NCBI GenBank assembly: GCA_001790205.1
Contig: MGBU01000238.1
Span: 1-36,871 of the forward strand
Direction of reading: 5' to 3'
DNA length: 36,871 nt
Source: Candidatus Rokubacteria bacterium GWA2_73_35
GTDB lineage: Bacteria; Methylomirabilota; Methylomirabilia; Rokubacteriales; CSP1-6
The notes beneath the pieces are model-generated. The model saw nothing but the letters and a program-made list of their open reading frames with translations, searched no databases and was not told the DNA's origin. Numbering within the stretch: position 1 is the first letter of the stretch; every line of letters begins with the position of its first letter. Made by a program: the position numbers and the translations under genes. Shown here piece after piece: positions 8,076-16,525 of this stretch.

Positions 8076-10262
8076 ATGGGCGGACGCGCCTCTGTCGGTG
8101 GGCTGATCGCCGCGTTCGGCTTCGTCCTCGCCGTCGGCGCCGCGCGGGCCGAGCCGCTCGCGCCGCTGCCGCCGCTCCCGGCGTCCCCGCCCGAGCAGGT
8201 GGCGCTCGGGAGGCTCCTGTTCTTCGACACGCGCCTGTCGGGCGACGCCTCGATCTCGTGCGCCTCCTGCCACGACCCCAGGAAGGCGTGGGGTGACGGC
8301 AAGCCGCTCTCGACCGGCTACCCCGGCGCCGAGTACTTCCGCAACGCGCAGACCCTCCTGAACGCGGCGCACTACCGGCGCAGCTACTGGGACGGGCGGA
8401 TGGACGGCCGCGACCTGCCGACGCTCGTCCGCGACCACCTGACCGAGCCGGCCCTCATGCAGGTCGACGGCCGGCTCTTCCCCGAGCGCCTCAAGCAGGT
8501 GCCGGAGTACGACGCGATGTTCCGGAGGGTCTTCGGCGGCGAGCCCTCGTTCGGGCGCTCGCTGAACGCGATCGCGGCCTTTGTCCGGACCCTCACCTCC
8601 CGCGGCGCCCCGCTCGACCGCTACCTCGAGGGTGACACCGCCGCGCTGAGCCCCGCGGCCCGGGACGGGTTGGCGTTGTTCCAGGGCAAGGCGGGCTGTC
8701 TCCGGTGCCACGACGGCCCGCTGCTCTCGGACCAGAAGTTCCACGCCCTCGGCGTCCAGGACAGCGCCGCGGTCTTCGGCGAGCCCCTGCGGCACATCAC
8801 CTTCCGGTGGTTCATGAAGACGCTCGGCACGCCGAACTACACGAATCTCAGGGAGGACGTGGGCCGGTACGCCGTGACCAAGGAGCCGCCGGACCGCGGC
8901 AGGTTCAGGACGCCGTCGCTCCGCGATGTCGCGCTGACGGCTCCGTACATGCACAACGGGACCCTCGCGACGCTCGAGGAGGTCGTGGAGTTCTACAACC
9001 GGGGCGGCGGCATCCATCGGAACAAGAGCCCGCTGCTGGCACCGCTCGGGCTCGGTGCCGCCGAGAAGAAGGCACTGGTGGAGTTCCTCGAGGCGCTGAC
9101 CGGCGAGCCCGTCGTCGTCGACCCGCTGGCGCCGCCCGAATACAAGCTCCGGGCTCTCGGCAAGGGCTCGCCCGCTCCCGCCGGGCTGGTCGCGGCCTCC
9201 ACGGGCACCGCGCAGTCCGGGAAGTTCCGGGCGCTCGGGCCGCTCGGCCCCGTGCCCGTGCCCCGGGACAACCCGATGTCGGATGCGAAGGTGGAGCTGG
9301 GCAAGTTCCTGTTCTTCGATCCGCGGCTCTCCGGCGACGTCTCGACCCCCTGCGTCGCGTGCCACAACCCCGAGGCGGGCTGGGGCGACGGCAGCGACGT
9401 CTCGCGCGGCTATCCCGGGACCCAGCACTGGCGCAACTCGCAGACGGTCCTGAACGCCGCGTACTACTTCAAGCTCTTCTGGGCCGGCGAGGTGACGAGC
9501 CTCGAGGCCCAGGCCGTCGCCGCGGCGACCGGCAACGTCGCCGGCAACGGCGACCCGATGATGATGGAGGAGCGCCTGCGCCAGATCCCGGAGTACGTCC
9601 GCCGCTTCAAGGCCGTGTTCGGCACCGAGCAGCCGAGGATCATGGACGCCTGGAAGGCGATCGCCGCCTTCGAGCGGACGCTCGTCTCGAAGCCCGAGCA
9701 GGTGCCCTTCGACCGGTTCGTGAAGGGCGACCCCAAGGCGATCACCGACGAGGCCAGGCGCGGCCTCGCGCTCTTCCTGGGCAAGGCCGGCTGCATCCAG
9801 TGCCACAACGGTCCGCTCCTCTCCGACGACGACTACCACGCCCTTGGCGTGCCGAAGAACCCGGTGTTCGAGGAGGACCCGCTCCGGCAGATCACGCTCC
9901 GCTTCCAGCACGTGATCCGCGGCGTCCCGGAAGAGCTCTACCGGGTCGCCGACCGAGATCTCGGCCTCTACTACACGACCAAGCGCGAGGCCGACAGGGG
10001 CAAGTTCAGGACCCCGGGGCTGCGGGAGCTCAAGTACACGGCGCCCTACATGCACAACGGCGCGTTCTTCACGCTGGAGGAGGTGCTCGACTTCTACGAT
10101 CAGGGCGGCGGGAACGACGCGAACAAGAGCCCGCTCCTCAGGCCGCTCAAGCTTACGGCGCAGGAGAAGAAGGACCTCCTGGCCTTCCTCCTCTCGCTCT
10201 CGAGCGACCAGCCGATCGTCGTGCCGGCGCCCCAGCTGCCCGAGTACGCGGTCGTGAAATAG
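8076..10262 (+). CDS. Tetraheme protein of two fused bacterial cytochrome c peroxidase/MauG-family units (IdrP1-IdrP2-like fusion)
   Basis: Signal peptide; unit 1 LGRLLFFDTRLS..CASCH..CLRCH..FRTPSLRDVALTAPYMHNG; Ala/Gly/Pro linker; unit 2 LGKFLFFDPRLS..CVACH..CIQCH..FRTPGLRELKYTAPYMHNG. Confidence 0.88.
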   Translation: MGGRASVGGLIAAFGFVLAVGAARAEPLAPLPPLPASPPEQVALGRLLFFDTRLSGDASISCASCHDPRKAWGDGKPLSTGYPGAEYFRNAQTLLNAAHYRRSYWDGRMDGRDLPTLVRDHLTEPALMQVDGRLFPERLKQVPEYDAMFRRVFGGEPSFGRSLNAIAAFVRTLTSRGAPLDRYLEGDTAALSPAARDGLALFQGKAGCLRCHDGPLLSDQKFHALGVQDSAAVFGEPLRHITFRWFMKTLGTPNYTNLREDVGRYAVTKEPPDRGRFRTPSLRDVALTAPYMHNGTLATLEEVVEFYNRGGGIHRNKSPLLAPLGLGAAEKKALVEFLEALTGEPVVVDPLAPPEYKLRALGKGSPAPAGLVAASTGTAQSGKFRALGPLGPVPVPRDNPMSDAKVELGKFLFFDPRLSGDVSTPCVACHNPEAGWGDGSDVSRGYPGTQHWRNSQTVLNAAYYFKLFWAGEVTSLEAQAVAAATGNVAGNGDPMMMEERLRQIPEYVRRFKAVFGTEQPRIMDAWKAIAAFERTLVSKPEQVPFDRFVKGDPKAITDEARRGLALFLGKAGCIQCHNGPLLSDDDYHALGVPKNPVFEEDPLRQITLRFQHVIRGVPEELYRVADRDLGLYYTTKREADRGKFRTPGLRELKYTAPYMHNGAFFTLEEVLDFYDQGGGNDANKSPLLRPLKLTAQEKKDLLAFLLSLSSDQPIVVPAPQLPEYAVVK

Positions 10263-10274
10263 GAGGCGCACCCC

Positions 10275-10826
10275 ATGAGCCCGCACGAACACTCCGCCGA
10301 GCGGCCGTGCCTGTCGCGGCGCGCCTTCCTCCTGTCGGGCGGCACGGCGGTCACCGTGACGCTCCTCGACGGCCCCTTGAACCGCGCCTTCGGCCAGGGT
10401 GCCGCGCTCAAGCGGGCCAGCTACCCCGCGCGGCGGATCGGCCGGATCAGCCAGCTCGCGGTGGACCGGCCCGTGCCGTTCCAGTACCCGTGGAAGGACG
10501 CCTACTCCGCGAACATGCTCGTGAAGCTCGGCGTGCCCGCGGGCGGCGGCGTCGGCCCGGCCCGGGACGTCGTCGCGTTCTCGACGCTCTGCACCCACAT
10601 GGGCGGGCCGCTCGCCGGCCAGTACCGCGGCCAGCACAAGGTCGTGGGGCCCTGCCCCCTCCACCTCACCACGTTCGACCTCACCAAGCACGGCATGGTC
10701 GTCTCCGGCCAGGCCACCGAGACCCTCGCCCAGGTCGTGCTCGAGGCGCGCGGCGACGAGATCTGGGCCACCGGCGTCATGGGGCTCATCTACGGCTACC
10801 ACTCGAACCTGGCCGGGCGGGCCTGA
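10275..10826 (+). CDS. idrB: Tat-exported Rieske [2Fe-2S] small subunit (AioB/IdrB-like)
   Basis: AGGAGG RBS, twin-arginine SRRAFLL, Rieske motifs CTHMG and CPLH, GGVGP..DVVAFS and GVMGLIYG typical of AioB-family subunits. The idr label depends on context. Confidence 0.8.
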   Translation: MSPHEHSAERPCLSRRAFLLSGGTAVTVTLLDGPLNRAFGQGAALKRASYPARRIGRISQLAVDRPVPFQYPWKDAYSANMLVKLGVPAGGGVGPARDVVAFSTLCTHMGGPLAGQYRGQHKVVGPCPLHLTTFDLTKHGMVVSGQATETLAQVVLEARGDEIWATGVMGLIYGYHSNLAGRA

Positions 10827-10839
10827 GGAGGCGAGCCAC

Positions 10840-13509
10840 ATGGCGCAGGGCGTGACCCCCTACTACCTGCCGGAGGACCGGATCCCGCTCCCGCCGGCCG
10901 ACGCGAAGGTGACGACGACGGCGTGCGACTACTGCATCGTCGGCTGCGGCTACAAGGTCTACACCTGGCCGCTCGGCCGCGAGGGCGGCCCCCGCGCGAG
11001 CCAGAACGCGCTCAGGGCCGAGTTCCCGGCGAAGGTGAACAGCGGCAAGTGGATCAGCCCGAACATGCACAACCTCGTGATGGTGGAGGGCCGGCCCCAT
11101 CACGTCCTCGTGGTCCCCGACGGCGACGCCAGGGTCGTGAACGTCGGCGGCAACCACTCGATCCGCGGCGGCGTGCTCGCGCAGAAGTGCTTCAACCCGA
11201 ACAAGCCCTCGCAGGAGCGGCTGCTCTACCCGATGATGCGGGTGCGCGGGACACTCCAGCCGGTGTCGTGGGACACGGCGCTCGACGTGATGGCCGGTGT
11301 CTCCCGTCACGTCCTCGACCGGCACGGCGAGCACGCGTGGGCGATGAAGACCTACTCCTACCAGTATTTCGAGAACACGTACGCGATCAGCAAGCTCGCG
11401 TTCGGCGCGATCGGCACGCCGGCCTACGCGCCTCACGACAAGCCGGGTCCCGGGCCCGACACGCCGGGACTCGACTGGGCCGGGATCGACGCCTTCAGCG
11501 CCTCGTACGAGGACTGGGGCATGGCCGATGTGATCTTCTTCTCCGGGGTGGACCCCTACGAGACCAAGTCGGTCCTGTTCACGTCCTGGATCATGCACGG
11601 CCAGAACCCTGACAAGAAGCTGATCTTCGCGCTGCCACGCAAGACGATGGGCGTCGCCTGGGGCGAGCAGCGGGGCGGGCTCTTTCTCCAGGTGATCCCC
11701 GGCACCGACACCGTGCTCCACCTGGCGCTGATCCGGATCATCCTCGAGAACGGCTGGGAGGACCGGGACTTCATCGACAGGTGGGTCGCCAATTCCTGGG
11801 AGATCGACGCCGGCATGGGGCGCGGCACCCGGAACACGCCCTGGCAGTGGTTCACGACGTGGGGACGCTACGGGATCGACTTCGCTGGGTACAGGAAGTG
11901 GATCCTCGGCTACAGGTGGGCCGAGCTCGACACCGCCGCTCGGCTCACGGGCGTGCCGGCCGCGTCCATCAGGCAGGCGGCCGAGATGCTCGCCAGGCCG
12001 CGGCCGGACGGCTCGCGCCCCAGGACGTCCTTCATGCTCGAGAAGGGCAACTACTGGTGCAACAACCTCGGCAACACGACGTCGTATGCGGCGCTCGGGC
12101 TCGTCTGCGGGGCCGGCAACCGGCCGGGCCGCGTGATCTCACGCGGCGGCGGCCATCAGCGGGGCTGGATGGGCGGGGCCGGCTACCCGCGCGGCCTCTC
12201 GCCCGAGAAGTATCCCGGGCGGCGAAAGAAGGAAATCGACCTCGACCGCTGGGTTGCCGAGGGCAACGTGCGCTTCGCCTGGGTGATCGGGACCACCTGG
12301 CTGCAGGCCATGGCCGCCTCGCAGGAGCTGATGGACGTCTTCCACCGGCTCACGCGCCAGAGCCCGCACCAGATCGCGAGCACGCGCCCGGCGGCCGCGA
12401 TCGAGAGCCTCACGCGACGCGCGGACTCGGGCGGCATGGTGGTCGTGCACCAGGACATCTACCCGGTGGACCCGATCGGCACCCAGCTCGCCGACCTCGT
12501 CCTGCCGGCCGCCACGTGGGGCGAGGAGGACTTCACCCGCTGCAACGGCGAGCGCCGCCTCCGACTGTACGCGCAGTTCAACGACCCGCCCGGCGAGGCC
12601 AGGCCCGACTGGCAGATCATCGCCGGGTTCGCCAGGAAGATGGGCTTCGAGGGCTTCGACTGGAAGGACTCGAACGAGATCTTCGAGGAGGCCGCGCGCT
12701 TCGGCCGGGGCGGCGTGCTCAACTACCACCCGCTCGTCGTGAAGGCCAAACAGGAGGGCAGGCGCGCCCACGACCTGCTGCGGGCGTACGGCACCGAGGG
12801 CATCCAGACGCCGATCCGGATGGTCGGCGGCAAGCTCGTCGGCACCAAGCGCCTGCACGACTCGACGCTCCAGCTCGGCACCCCGGAGGGCCCCACGACC
12901 CATCCGAAGTGGCTCACGGCCTTCGGCACCCATTCGGGGAAGGCCGTGCTCCTCAGGAGCTACTGGGAGGATTTCCAGGACTTCTACGAGGCGGTCAAGC
13001 CCACCGGTGACGAGCTGTGGGTCACCAACGGACGGATCAACGAGACGTGGCAGTCGGGCTACGACGACTTCCGCCGCCCCTACATCATGGCCCGGTGGCC
13101 CTCGATGTTCGTCGAGATGCACCCGGATGACGCCAGCGCGCGGGGCATCGAGAGCGGCGACCTCGTCGCCGTCGAGAACGACCGTGTGCTCGTGCAGACG
13201 GGCGGCTTCCAGGGGGTGGAAGAGAAGGAGCTCACGTTCACCGAGCTCCGCCGGGCCGGCCACATCAAGACGACCACCGCGAGCTTCACGGCGGTGGCCG
13301 TCGTCTCCGACGCGGTGCGCCGGGGCGTGGTCTGGGCGCTCATGCTCTGGCCGGGCTCGCCCGCCAACTCGGTCGTGCCCCAGGTGCCGGACCCGGTGAC
13401 GAACCGGGCGCGCTTCAAGCTCGGCAAGGGCCGGGTCACGAAGCTCGGCGAGAGCCCGCACAAGCGGTCGTTCACGACGATGTCGCTCAAGCCCCGGCCG
13501 ATCGTGTGA
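10840..13509 (+). CDS. idrA: AioA-related Mo-bisPGD catalytic subunit, most likely iodate-reductase (IdrA) or neighbouring clade
   Basis: [3Fe-4S]-type CDYCIVGCGY...NHSIRGG, LEKGNYW, RGGGHQRG, NGERRLRLY, TNGRINETWQS. No own signal peptide. Flanked by Rieske and diheme peroxidase genes as in idrABP1P2. Family certain, substrate not. Confidence 0.75.
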   Translation: MAQGVTPYYLPEDRIPLPPADAKVTTTACDYCIVGCGYKVYTWPLGREGGPRASQNALRAEFPAKVNSGKWISPNMHNLVMVEGRPHHVLVVPDGDARVVNVGGNHSIRGGVLAQKCFNPNKPSQERLLYPMMRVRGTLQPVSWDTALDVMAGVSRHVLDRHGEHAWAMKTYSYQYFENTYAISKLAFGAIGTPAYAPHDKPGPGPDTPGLDWAGIDAFSASYEDWGMADVIFFSGVDPYETKSVLFTSWIMHGQNPDKKLIFALPRKTMGVAWGEQRGGLFLQVIPGTDTVLHLALIRIILENGWEDRDFIDRWVANSWEIDAGMGRGTRNTPWQWFTTWGRYGIDFAGYRKWILGYRWAELDTAARLTGVPAASIRQAAEMLARPRPDGSRPRTSFMLEKGNYWCNNLGNTTSYAALGLVCGAGNRPGRVISRGGGHQRGWMGGAGYPRGLSPEKYPGRRKKEIDLDRWVAEGNVRFAWVIGTTWLQAMAASQELMDVFHRLTRQSPHQIASTRPAAAIESLTRRADSGGMVVVHQDIYPVDPIGTQLADLVLPAATWGEEDFTRCNGERRLRLYAQFNDPPGEARPDWQIIAGFARKMGFEGFDWKDSNEIFEEAARFGRGGVLNYHPLVVKAKQEGRRAHDLLRAYGTEGIQTPIRMVGGKLVGTKRLHDSTLQLGTPEGPTTHPKWLTAFGTHSGKAVLLRSYWEDFQDFYEAVKPTGDELWVTNGRINETWQSGYDDFRRPYIMARWPSMFVEMHPDDASARGIESGDLVAVENDRVLVQTGGFQGVEEKELTFTELRRAGHIKTTTASFTAVAVVSDAVRRGVVWALMLWPGSPANSVVPQVPDPVTNRARFKLGKGRVTKLGESPHKRSFTTMSLKPRPIV

Positions 13510-13547
13510 GGGCGGGGATCGCGAGAGCTGGGATATAGTCTCGTGCG

Positions 13548-15542
13548 ATGACGCCTCGAGCGCGGGAGCGCCCGCGCGGCCGGACGCGCCGGACGGCCGC
13601 GAGCCTCGTCGCCTTCGCCTGCGTCCTGGCCGCGGCCGTCGCCCTGGCGGCCGGCCCGCCCGCGGCGGCCGCCGGCGGGGCCGCGGCGGCCGAGTACCGG
13701 AGCTTCTACGGGACCAGCGCGCGCCTCGTCGTCTGGATCGTCGCCGAGCTGCACCTGATGTTCGGCGCGTTCGTCCTCGGCGTGCCGATCTTCGCCTCGA
13801 TCGTCGAGGTCATCGGCTGGCGCGGCGGCGACCCACGCTACGACCGGCTCGCCCACGAGTTCACGGGGCTCCTCGCGGCCGCGTTCTCGACGACGGCGGC
13901 GTTCGGCGGGCTCCTGGTGTTCGCGCTGATCGGCCTCTACCCGCGGTTCATGACCTTCCTGACCTCGGTCTTCCACGAGACCTACTACGTCTACGCGCTC
14001 CTGTTCTTCGCCGAGGGCTTCACCCTCTATCTCTACTACTACGGCTGGGACCGGATGCGCGGGCGCCTGAAGGGGCTCCACGTCGCCCTCGGGATCCTCC
14101 TGAACGTCTGGGGCACGGTGCTGATGCTGATCGCGAACGCGTGGGTCGCCTACATGATGGCGCCCACCGGGATCGACAGGAAGACGCTGGAGTTCGTGGG
14201 GACCACCTGGCAGGCGGTGGCGAACCCTCTCTGGATCCCGCTCGCGATCCACCGCGTGCTCGGCAACGTCGCGTTCGGCGGCTTCATCGTCGGCGCGTAC
14301 GCGGCCGTCAGGTTCCTGGGCGCGCGCACCGAGGCGGCGCGGGCCCACTACGACTGGATGGGCTACGTCGGCAACTTCGTGGGCCTCGGCGCGCTGATCC
14401 CGCTGCCCTTCGCGGGCTACTACCTGGGCCGGGAGATCTACTCCACGAGCGCGGTCATGGGCAACAACATGATGGGCGGCGCCTTCTCGTGGACCTTCAT
14501 CCTCCAGGCCGTGCTGATCGGGATCCTGTTCATCGGCGGCAACTACTATCTCTGGATCGGCATGGGCCGCATCGAGGGCGCCGAGCGCTACCGGCCGTGG
14601 GTCAAGTACATCAACCTGGTGCTCCTCCTCTCCTTCGCCGTCTGGCTCACGCCGCGCAACGTCCCGCTGACGGGCGAGGAGCAGACGGCCCTGGGCGGCC
14701 AGTTCCACCCGCTGCTCAAGTACCTCGGGCTCATGTCGGCGAAGAACGCGGCGGTGAACTTCATCATCCTCAGCACGTTCTTCTCCTTCCTCCTCTACCG
14801 CCGCGGCAACAAGGGACGCCCGCGCCCCTTCGCCGCGCACGGGCGCGTGGGCCTGCTCGTGCTGACCGCGGGCGCCGCCGTCGCGATCTCGATCCTCCTC
14901 TGGTACGCGCGCGCCCTGCTCACCCTCGACCCGAAGACGCTCGACCTCACCGCGGCCCAGGCCGGCTACTTCAAGCCGCCCGCGTACCTCCTGCTCGGCC
15001 AGGCCGTCATGGTGCTCGTGACCGCGACGCTCGCCCTCCGCGATCGGGGGACGCTCGCCCAGGCGCTCTTCTTCGCCTCCACGACGCTGGCGTCGGTCTT
15101 CGTGCTCGGCGTCTACGGCTTCGTCGTCATGGAGCGCGCGAACCCCTTCCTCCGGAACGTGGCGGTCGCCCAGTGGCTCATGGTGATGGTGTGCCTCCTC
15201 TGGAACACGGTGCTCGATGTCCTCGTGTTCCGCGGCGCCGAGACCGCGGGCGGCATCCGCTGGGGCCGGATGCCCGCGCGCTCGCAGTACACGCTGATTC
15301 TCCTCTGCGTGACGATCGTGATGCTGATGGGGCTCATGGGCTTCATCCGCTCGGGCCTGCGCGAGGACTGGCACGTCTACGGCGTCCTCCAGGACACCTC
15401 GCCGTGGGCCTGGACCCCGACCACCGCGTACATGACCCGGGTCGTCGGCGCGATCGTGCTCGGCTTCCTCGGCCTGGTGGCCTTCGTCTTCTGGCTCGCG
15501 GGGCTCGGCGAGAAGAAGGACCACGGCGGGGCGCCCGCGTGA
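13548..15542 (+). CDS. Cytochrome bd-like oxidase subunit I (CydA-like, Nitrospira/anammox bd-like type)
   Basis: Many TM helices; AELHLMF (heme His), FFAEGF, AIHRVLGNV (heme His), MGFIRSGLREDWHVYG equivalent to the CydA GRQPW motif. No recognisable Q-loop. TATAGT -10 at 13534-13539. Confidence 0.8.
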   Translation: MTPRARERPRGRTRRTAASLVAFACVLAAAVALAAGPPAAAAGGAAAAEYRSFYGTSARLVVWIVAELHLMFGAFVLGVPIFASIVEVIGWRGGDPRYDRLAHEFTGLLAAAFSTTAAFGGLLVFALIGLYPRFMTFLTSVFHETYYVYALLFFAEGFTLYLYYYGWDRMRGRLKGLHVALGILLNVWGTVLMLIANAWVAYMMAPTGIDRKTLEFVGTTWQAVANPLWIPLAIHRVLGNVAFGGFIVGAYAAVRFLGARTEAARAHYDWMGYVGNFVGLGALIPLPFAGYYLGREIYSTSAVMGNNMMGGAFSWTFILQAVLIGILFIGGNYYLWIGMGRIEGAERYRPWVKYINLVLLLSFAVWLTPRNVPLTGEEQTALGGQFHPLLKYLGLMSAKNAAVNFIILSTFFSFLLYRRGNKGRPRPFAAHGRVGLLVLTAGAAVAISILLWYARALLTLDPKTLDLTAAQAGYFKPPAYLLLGQAVMVLVTATLALRDRGTLAQALFFASTTLASVFVLGVYGFVVMERANPFLRNVAVAQWLMVMVCLLWNTVLDVLVFRGAETAGGIRWGRMPARSQYTLILLCVTIVMLMGLMGFIRSGLREDWHVYGVLQDTSPWAWTPTTAYMTRVVGAIVLGFLGLVAFVFWLAGLGEKKDHGGAPA

Positions 15543-16525
15543 GACGGCCGTTCCTCGGCGTCGCCGTCTTCACGGTCGTCGTCGTGCTCGCGATCGCGGC
15601 CGTCGGCGAGATGATCACGCGCGTCTCCGGCGAGGGCGGGCGCCGGCCCGCCGTGGCCGTCAGCGCCGGGACCATCACCCCCGAGGCGGGCGAGACGGTC
15701 TTCTGGGGCAAGGGCAAGTGCTCGACCTGCCATGCCGTCGGCACGCGGGGCGGCGCGGTGCGCGGCCCCAACCAGGGCGAGGGGGGGCCGCTGGGCTTGC
15801 CGATCGGCGCGCGCGCCGGGGAGCGGGCCCGCGAGCGGGCGAGGGCGACGGGCAAGCCGTACACGGCGACGGACTACCTCGTGGAGGCGCTGGCGGACCC
15901 GGGCGCCTACGTCGTGCAGGGCTACAAGAACGAGATGCCGAACCCGTTCCAGCCGCCGATCCGCCTCGGCTCCGACGAGGTCCGCGCCGTGATCGCGTAC
16001 CTCCAGTCCCTCGGGGGCACGGTGGATCTCGCCGCCATCAAGCTCCCCGCCGGGCTCGAGGCGAAGTCCCGCGCGGCGGCGGAGTGGAAGCCCTACGTCG
16101 CCGGCGACAGCGAGAAGGGCGAGAAGCTCTTCTTCGACGTCGACTCGAGCGCGGGCTGCGGCAAGTGCCATCGCGTGGGCACGCGCGGCGGCAGCGTCGG
16201 ACCCGAGCTGACCACGGTGGCCGGCACGCGGGATCCCGTGTTCATCGTCGAGTCGATCCTGGAGCCCTCGAAGGTGATCGCCTCGGGCTACGAGACCGTG
16301 CTGATCATCACGAAGAGCGACCAGTACGTCACCGGCATCGTCAAGAGGGAGGACGCGACGACGGTCGAGGTCGCCGACAGCCAGGGGAGGATCCAGCAGG
16401 TCGCCAGGGCCGACATCAAGCAGCGGACGCCCCAGACCGTCTCGATGATGCCGGGGAACTTCAAGGAGATCCTCACGGTCGAGGAGTTCCACGACCTGCT
16501 CGCGTTCGTCCTGGGGCTCCGGTGA
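15539..16525 (+). CDS. Membrane-anchored diheme c-type cytochrome
   Basis: GTGA overlap with the upstream stop; N-terminal TM; CSTCH...NEMP and CGKCH..VGPELT...SMMP (His/Met hemes). Confidence 0.85.
   Translation: MRRPFLGVAVFTVVVVLAIAAVGEMITRVSGEGGRRPAVAVSAGTITPEAGETVFWGKGKCSTCHAVGTRGGAVRGPNQGEGGPLGLPIGARAGERARERARATGKPYTATDYLVEALADPGAYVVQGYKNEMPNPFQPPIRLGSDEVRAVIAYLQSLGGTVDLAAIKLPAGLEAKSRAAAEWKPYVAGDSEKGEKLFFDVDSSAGCGKCHRVGTRGGSVGPELTTVAGTRDPVFIVESILEPSKVIASGYETVLIITKSDQYVTGIVKREDATTVEVADSQGRIQQVARADIKQRTPQTVSMMPGNFKEILTVEEFHDLLAFVLGLR

Noticed and set aside
8076-10262. MauG of methylamine dehydrogenase biogenesis
   Set aside because: No mauAB/TTQ enzyme genes nearby; the context is Rieske + Mo enzyme.
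10275-13509. Canonical arsenite oxidase aioBA
   Set aside because: AioA substrate-site motifs are altered, peroxidase genes are adjacent, and no arsenic resistance or aioXSR genes are present. Not excluded biochemically, but not the best call.
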